Of a stretch of 64,000 nucleotides of DNA, positions 57,255-64,000 are shown piece by piece (position 1 is the first letter of the stretch; every line of letters starts with the position of its first letter). The translations under genes were made by a program, and so were the position numbers. The notes beneath the pieces were generated by a model. It made no database searches. It saw only the letters and a list, made by a program, of their open reading frames with translations, and was not told the DNA's origin. This stretch comes from Chrysomallon squamiferum (lineage: Eukaryota; Animalia; Mollusca). The stretch spans positions 14,508,001-14,572,000 of the forward strand of contig CM022674.1 of the NCBI GenBank assembly GCA_012295275.1. The letters are read 5' to 3'.

Positions 57255-58049
57255 CATAATGACAGTTTTTACAAATGTTTTGACAGAATGTTTAATGAAT
57301 GTTTTTACAAATGTTTTGTTTTTTTTTTACAAATGTTTTGACAGAGAGGTTTAACAAAGTGTTTTGACAGAGAGGTTTAACAAAGTGTTTTTACAAATGT
57401 TTTGACAGAGAGGTTTAACAAAGTGTTTTTACAAATGTTTTGACAGAGAGGTTTAACAAAGTGTTTTTACAAAACAAAGTGTTTTTACAAATGTTTTTTT
57501 AACAAAACAAATGTTGTTTTGACAGAGAGGTTTAACAAAGTGTTTTTACAAATGTTTTGACAGAGAGGTTTAACAAAGTGTTTTTACAAAGGTTTGTTTT
57601 TACAAATGTTTTGACAGAGGTTTAACAAAGTGTTTTTAACAAGGTGTTTTTACAAATGTTTTGACAGAGAGGTTTAACAAAGTGTTTTGGAAAATGTTTT
57701 GACAGGATTTAACAAAGGTTTTTACAAATGTTTTGACAGAGATTTAACAGTGTTTTGACAAATGTTTTGACAGAGAGGTTTTAACAACAGTGTTTTTACA
57801 AATGTTTTGACAGAGAGATTTAACAAAGTGTGTTTTTACAAATGTTTTGACAGAGAGGTTTAACAAAGTGTTTTTACAAATGTTTTGACAGAGGTTTAAC
57901 AAGGTGTTTTTACAAATGTTTTGACAGAGAGGTTTAACAAAGTGTTTTGACAGAGAGGTTTAACAAAGTGTTTTTACAAATGTTTTGACAGAGAGGTTTA
58001 ACAAAGTGTTTTTACAAATGTTTTGACAGAGAGGTTTAACAAAGTGTTT
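57255..58049 (+). repeat. 38-bp minisatellite spanning the DDI intron 2 acceptor, x~20
   Basis: Unit acaaatgttttgacAG|agaggtttaacaaagtgttttt; the last copy supplies the real acceptor and the first 20 nt of exon 3. Confidence 0.9.
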
Positions 58050-58156
58050 CTGGAACAGCAGGAAGAGAGGTTTCAGCGAGAACAGGAGAGAATCCGACTG
58101 GCCACAGCTGACCCATTTGACGCGGAGGCCCAGCGAAAAATAGCCGAAGAAATCAG
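58030..58156 (+). CDS. DDI2: DDI exon 3 (HDD)
   Basis: [43 protein letters not shown]; phase 1/2; AG|GTAAAT donor. Confidence 0.92.
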
Positions 58157-58703
58157 GTAAATAACAGTTCTTTGTGTTGCCATGGAAACAGAGTAAAACA
58201 CTGTTTAGTGTCACTGTGGAAGTATCAGTGTGATTATTTAAATGAACATGAGTAGAATAATGTGGATAATGCTTTTTCAAAAGCTAAAATAAATGGTTAT
58301 TTAATAAGGTAGTGCATTTATATCAAAGTAGTTAATGTGAATGTCTTCAAAAGACATTAAATTGGACATTGCTGCTGTATTTTTAATCTGTATGTTTACA
58401 ATAGTGTTAAATCAAAATACTAACAACATAGTTAGTCAACTCACACTGGAAAGGCAGGCATTATAAAGGTTGGTCAAACCTACAAAATTATACAATTTAT
58501 AGAAATATTTTAAAATTATTTATGTAAATTATAATAATTATTTTACTCTAATTGTGAATTTCCCAATTTGTTCAGGTCTTTGAACTGTGCTTTCTGAAAC
58601 TATCATTGCATTCTCCTGATGATTGTTGAAAATATTAAATAACAGTGATGTTTATAATAAAGATAATATTTTCAGTAATGTGTGTTTTACGTTATTTGTG
58701 CAG

Positions 58704-58831
58704 ATTGAAAAATGTGGAGTCCAACATGGAGACTGCAATGGAGTTTGCTCCTGAAAGTTTTGGTCAAGTTTGTATGTTGTATGTTGACTGTCATGTCAAT
58801 GGCCATGCAGTCAAAGCCTTTGTCGATTCAG
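58704..58831 (+). CDS. DDI2: DDI exon 4 (retroviral-like protease N-part, catalytic Asp)
   Basis: [36 protein letters not shown]; phase 2/1. Confidence 0.95.
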
Positions 58832-58979
58832 GTATTTTTAATTAATAAATAAACAAATAAATCAATCCATAGAAGCTATGTTTACCAGACTGATATTTCT
58901 CCTATGTAATTAAAATTATTTATTATAACAGTTACACACAAAAAATAACAGTCACAACTTTTCTCTATAATCACTTATT

Positions 58980-59690
58980 AAATGCAAATAATTTTAAGTG
59001 ATATTCTAATACTAAATGTAAATAATTTTAAGTGATATTCTAATACTAAATGTAAATAATTTTAACTGATATTCTAATAGTTACTGTAAATAATTTCAAG
59101 TGATGTTCTAATACTAATTGTAAATAATTTCAAGTGATATTCTAATACTAAATGTAAATAATTTTAACTGATATTCTAATAGTTACTGTAAATAATTTCA
59201 AGTGATGTTCTAATACTAATTGTAAATAATTTCAAGTGATGTTCTAATACTAAATGTAAATAATTTTAACTGTTTTAATACTAAATGTAAATTTAACAAT
59301 GTTTTAATACTAAATGTAAATAATTTTACGTTATGTTCTAATACTAAATGTAAATTTAACAATGTTTTAATACTAAATGTAAATAATTTTATGTGATGTT
59401 TTAATACTAAACGTAAATAATTTTAAGTGATGTTCTGATACTAAATGTAAGTAATGTTGACGATGTTCTGATACTAAATGTATGTAATGCTGATGATGTT
59501 CTGATACTAAATGTAAGTAATGTTGACGATGTTCTGATACTAAATGTATGTAATGCTGATGATGTTCTGATACTAAATGTATGTAATGCTGATGATGTTC
59601 TGATACTAAATGTATGTAATGCTGATGATGTTCTGATACTAAATGTAAGTGATGATGATGTTCTGATACTAAATGTAAGTGATGATGATG
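58980..59690 (+). repeat. ~30-34-bp minisatellite filling DDI intron 4 up to the acceptor
   Basis: Unit shifts from aatgtaaataattttaagtgatattctaatacta to aaatgtaagtgatgatgatgttctgatact, ending at ttgttcag. Confidence 0.85.
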
Positions 59691-59698
59691 TTGTTCAG

Positions 59699-59827
59699 GT
59701 GCTCAGATGACAATAATGAGTCAGGCGTGTGCGGAGAGGTGTAACATCATGCGACTGGTGGACACGCGCTGGGCGGGCATCGCAAAGGGCGTCGGAACTC
59801 AAAAAATAATAGGAAGAGTCCATTTAT
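59699..59827 (+). CDS. DDI2: DDI exon 5 (RVP)
   Basis: [43 protein letters not shown] completes the DSGAQ motif; phase 1/1. Confidence 0.95.
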
Positions 59828-60090
59828 GTATGTAAATTTCATAATTAAATATTACTTTATGTAAATTTCATAATTAAATATTACTTTATGTAAATTTCAT
59901 AATTAAGTTTTACTTGATGTATGTAAATTTTCATAATTAAGTTTTACTTTATGTATGTAAATTTTTATAATTAAGTTTTACTTTATGTATGTAAATTTTC
60001 ATAAATTTTACCATATGTACATAAATTTTCATAATTAAATTTTACTTTATATATGTAAATTTTCATAATTAGATTTTACTGTATGTATGT
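59823..60090 (+). repeat. ~29-34-bp repeat spanning the DDI intron 5 donor, x~8
   Basis: tttat|gtatgtaaattttcataattaagttttac repeated from the exon end. Confidence 0.8.
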
Positions 60091-60560
60091 AGATTTTGTT
60101 TTTTTGAATGCAAATCACCACAATCAGATATTTTATTGAATTCAAAAATTGTAATTACATGGATTTCTTTTTTATTATTTAAATTACAATAATTAAGAAT
60201 TCTTTCTTTTTATAAGAAAATGATCATACGGTTATTATTTTTTGGTGTGTAAAGTATTCTTACTTAACTAAAAGGAATATTTGTTGGTACTTATAGCTAT
60301 GTAAATAAAATTAAATAATCATGAAAGAAAAACTGGAAATGTTTGAATAAGCTACATAATGTAATGTTTGTCTGTAATTATTTAAATGTTAAATTTCACC
60401 TGACACTCAACCTTTACTTACAGTTTGTTTTAATGTCTTCTCTTTGATTTACTAGAGTCTGACTTACAATCTAATAATTTTAAATGTTATTAATTAATAT
60501 GTAGTTTGTTATTTAAAAGTTCAAAGGGAATATTGTGATTTAATTAATTTGTTATTTCAG

Positions 60561-60664
60561 GCCAGATTCAAATAGGTCCTGATTTTCTACAGTCCTCATT
60601 CTCCATCTTAGAAGATCAACCTATGGACATGTTATTAGGTTTAGACATGTTAAAAAGACATCAG
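60561..60664 (+). CDS. DDI2: DDI exon 6 (RVP)
   Basis: [35 protein letters not shown]; CAG|GTAAAT donor. Confidence 0.95.
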
Positions 60665-60825
60665 GTAAATTTGTTTACTTATTAAAAAGAATGCAAAAAT
60701 TTGTTTACGTTAAAAAGACAGGTAAATTTGTTTACATGTTAACAGACATGAGGTAAATTTGTTTACATGCTAAAAAGACAGGTATACTTGTTTACATTTT
60801 AAAAAGACATGAGGTAAATTTGTTA
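60645..60825 (+). repeat. ~30-bp repeat spanning the DDI intron 6 donor, x~6
   Basis: acatgttaaaaagacatcAG|GTaaatttgtttac repeated with degenerate copies. Confidence 0.8.
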
Positions 60826-61347
60826 CTTTTACATATATCAGGGCTTCTTATACTTTTTCATTCAACTGAGCTTTTTACAGAAAATTTCATTGAATTAAAT
60901 TTTAGTAATTTTTATCTCTGTTTTCATTCATCTATAAATAATGTCATTCCTCAGTCTAAGATACAATATCCTTGTTTCTGTAGATTGAATTGTTTGGATA
61001 ACAATTAACGTAAATTAACTTAAAATGACTGATATTTCAATAGTAAAATCTATTTATCTAAATCTAGTTTGACTTTTAATGTACATTATTTTTTTCACTA
61101 AATCATTGTTTTAATATATTATGATTTATTTGTATTGATTTTCTTGTAGGCCATAAATTTTTATTTAACATTAACTTATTTTAATGTAAATTATTTTTAT
61201 GTAAATTTATCTGTTTGTTTTGTTGTTTTTATTTGTAGTTTTAAATGAAACATCTTGAGTGTAATATTAACAATGTATTTTTTAATGTGTTGATTTATGT
61301 AATTTTATTTGTTCATGTTATTTCTTACTTTTATTATTTGTTTCTAG

Positions 61348-61522
61348 TGCTGTATAGATTTAAAAAGAAATCTTTTGGTTATTGGTACGACTAATACAGA
61401 AACTAAATTTCTGAGCGAGGGTGAACTTCCAGAACATGCTCGTCTGAACATGCACCCAAACAGCATGGAGGACGACGATAAACAGCTTGCACGCGCTCTC
61501 AACCAGTCAGCTCAGGAAGCAG
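61348..61522 (+). CDS. DDI2: DDI exon 7 (RVP end plus UIM-like helix)
   Basis: [33 protein letters not shown]...[14 protein letters not shown]; phase 0/1. Confidence 0.93.
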
Positions 61523-61731
61523 GTACAGTTACCTCCCCTCATCAGTAAAACTACTTTCACCTTCCTTAATAAAAATGTGTTTTACTTATCAACTCATTTG
61601 GTTGATTGCTGAAAATGTTTTGTGTGTTTGAGTAAATACGTGTGCTGTTTAATTTGTTATTTTTAAACAAATGTTTTGTGTTTGTTTTAGTGAACATGTT
61701 TGTTATTTTTAAACATGTTTTATTTTCTCAG

Positions 61732-61907
61732 CAGGTAAAAACACCTCTGCCAGTTCGGGGATTCTCTCGTTCTCGGAGAGCGTGGTGTCTGCGTTGATGA
61801 GGAATGGGTTCTCGCGGCAGGCGGTGTTGGAGGAGCTGCGGATTGCTCGCGGGAACTCGGACCAGGCGCTCGCAGCGCTGTTCGCAAAATCATTTCACAT
61901 GCCTTGA
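61732..61907 (+). CDS. DDI2: DDI exon 8 (UBA domain, stop); NAGNAG acceptor 61732/61735
   Basis: FSESVVSALMRNGFSRQAVLEELRIARGNSDQALAALFAKSFHMP*; AATAAA at ~62014. Total CDS 1332 nt = 443 aa. Confidence 0.9.
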
Positions 61908-64000
61908 TTTCCACGTTCCGACATTTCCTCAGCTACGCGTCTCTACGTCTTGTTTGAAGCAGGATAAGATTGTCTTTGAAATATCTTCATTTGCAGTTCA
62001 CAGCCCTACTCACAATAAATACAGCAATAATAACTTACTTAGTTTATAAAAATGTATTAGGTTTGTTTAATAACATAAGAAAAAAAGAATGATTATGGGA
62101 TGTAGATAAGGGGCATTTCTTTTTGTGTGTGTGTTATCATTATTATTTTATTTTAATTTAAATATCTTTGTTTAATCATTATCAGGTTTTGGTGTTTTTG
62201 TTAATCACTAATCATAGTTACTATTTATTTTGTTTAGTTTTCAAACGTTACTTTAATTAGTGTAACACGATTATCAGTCACTATGAGTTACTCCCCTTTA
62301 TTCATACCAGCCTCAGTGTACAGGAGCAGATCTAGGTGATGTCTGTTAAAACTCAGTGAATAAAGTGATTTGAAGTATAACATCTTTATAAAACCAAATG
62401 ACATTTACAACTTTTAAAATAATTAATCTTTCTATTCCTCTACAAACACGCAAAGATTTGTCCCTGAATATATATCACTGTACAAGTTTTTGGATGTTTT
62501 TTTAATATTTGCATATTGTTTTTATAATTAGCATTTATTTTAATGTATTTTTTCATTTTAAAAAAAAATATAGTTATGGACATTTTGTTTTCTTCTTCAC
62601 AAATCTGTTTCATTTTTATTTTATTTTTGACATCCTTTATATTTAAATATATACTTTCTTTTATTTAAAAAAAAAAAAAAAAATGTTTTTAAAAACAGTA
62701 TCTATTTTCTTTCTCACACCAAAAAATAATAAAATTTTAATAATTTGTTACATAACCAGACACACATGGACGCACCCACACAAAATACAAACGTGGGTGG
62801 GGGACACATGACAAACACACCCAACTCTATTCTCTTTGTGACTAATGGTATTTTCCCTGATTGAAGCATTACCACCACAGTAGTAGCTGCCACTCAACAG
62901 AAACCTAGTCCTGTCCACCAACACATCTAAATTATTTATATTTTTTGACTGAAAGCATCAGTAAACATTAGTTTCTTACTCTAAACAAACTTTCATGGTG
63001 TATCCATTACTGAACTGTTGTTTACAAGTTTGAAATTAAGTTTAACACTGTTCTCATAAATACCATTTTATTCAATTATGTCACTAATTTGCTTTAAAAC
63101 CTTTCCAGAGATATTTAAAAGATAAAGTTTTTATAATTTTCAGGTTGTCTGCTATCTCTTTGTCTGAATGTTTCTGTGTGTTACAGATTTCTGTAACATC
63201 ACAAGCAGTGTATAAATGTTGAAGTAAATGTTACATGAGGTGTAAAAGATCTTTCATTCATCACGTGAAATATATAAAGATATTGCATTAAGCCACATGA
63301 ATGTCAATTAGTTTTCAGCCACATGAAATGTAAAAAGACATGAAGTCACATGGAATATAAAAAGATTTCACTAAGTCACATGGAATGTCAAATATTTCAG
63401 TAAGTTACATGAAATGTAAAAATATGTTTTGGTAAGTCCTATGAAATGTAAAAAGATGTTTTGGTAAGTCATGTGAAATGTAAAGTGTTTGAGTAAATGT
63501 ACTTCACATATCATTAAATTGGTCATAAAGTAATTTGTTTTCTTTTCTTTTAACACTGATTATTTCTTATAAGAAATAAAGCGAAATATTTTCTTAGTTC
63601 AAGGTTTCCAGAAGATATGATGAGAATGGAAACACACAGTCAATAATTCACTGACTTTGTCATTTAGCAGCGATATATTTTTACATGCACCGCCTCACAG
63701 ACAAGAGATAAAATTATGTAACCAATCTGTTTTTGTCATAAAAAAGATGGAACACTGATGCAGAGCTTCAGAAACAAAACAGATTCCGACTCATTTAAGA
63801 GATCTAGTCAAAGATACAACAAGGTTTCCTTTAAAAATAACTTCATATTTTTTGAAAGAAAAAATAAACTATCTTTGTAAAATGATTTTCTACTGAGAAA
63901 GAAAAACTATAAAGTTTTGTAAAAATGTTTTATTCAGGTGTGCTAAGATATTTACAAATATAAAATGTACACATCTTTTTGTCTATAAAATATCTGATTT

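Noticed and set aside
58615-58635. Hammerhead ribozyme core (CTGATGA...GAAA); similar words at 45784 and 63755
   Set aside because: No stems I-III could be formed around the core words.

Overview
AT-rich, microsatellite- and minisatellite-dense animal genomic DNA; the gene content is consistent with a lophotrochozoan, probably a mollusc (inference). Almost all ORF-track entries are microsatellite artefacts. Four spliced genes could be built by hand with consistent GT-AG phases. (1) The 3' part of an SH3BGRL-family gene (+, 862-1464). (2) A 285-aa neuropeptide precursor on the minus strand (8861-8778 + 8542-7769), of which the ORF track captures only the last 70 aa: a signal peptide followed by 11 amidated peptides of the type pQFDSIDSGSNFRRF-amide, joining an orcokinin/pedal-peptide-like N-terminus to an FxRFamide C-terminus. 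(3) A 7-exon, ~543-aa single-Ig type I membrane protein with a furin-type RAKR site and a long repetitive cytoplasmic tail (+, 46943-52603). (4) A complete 8-exon, 443-aa DDI1/DDI2 aspartyl protease (UBL-HDD-RVP-UIM-UBA; +, 55226-61907). A striking recurring structure is minisatellites anchored on, or spanning, real splice junctions (5 junctions in DDI, 1 in the Ig gene), which create long runs of decoy donors or acceptors. Also present are a decayed FLYWCH/MULE remnant, a tRNA-like SINE head, local duplications and about 38 kb with no recognisable coding exons upstream of the neuropeptide gene.
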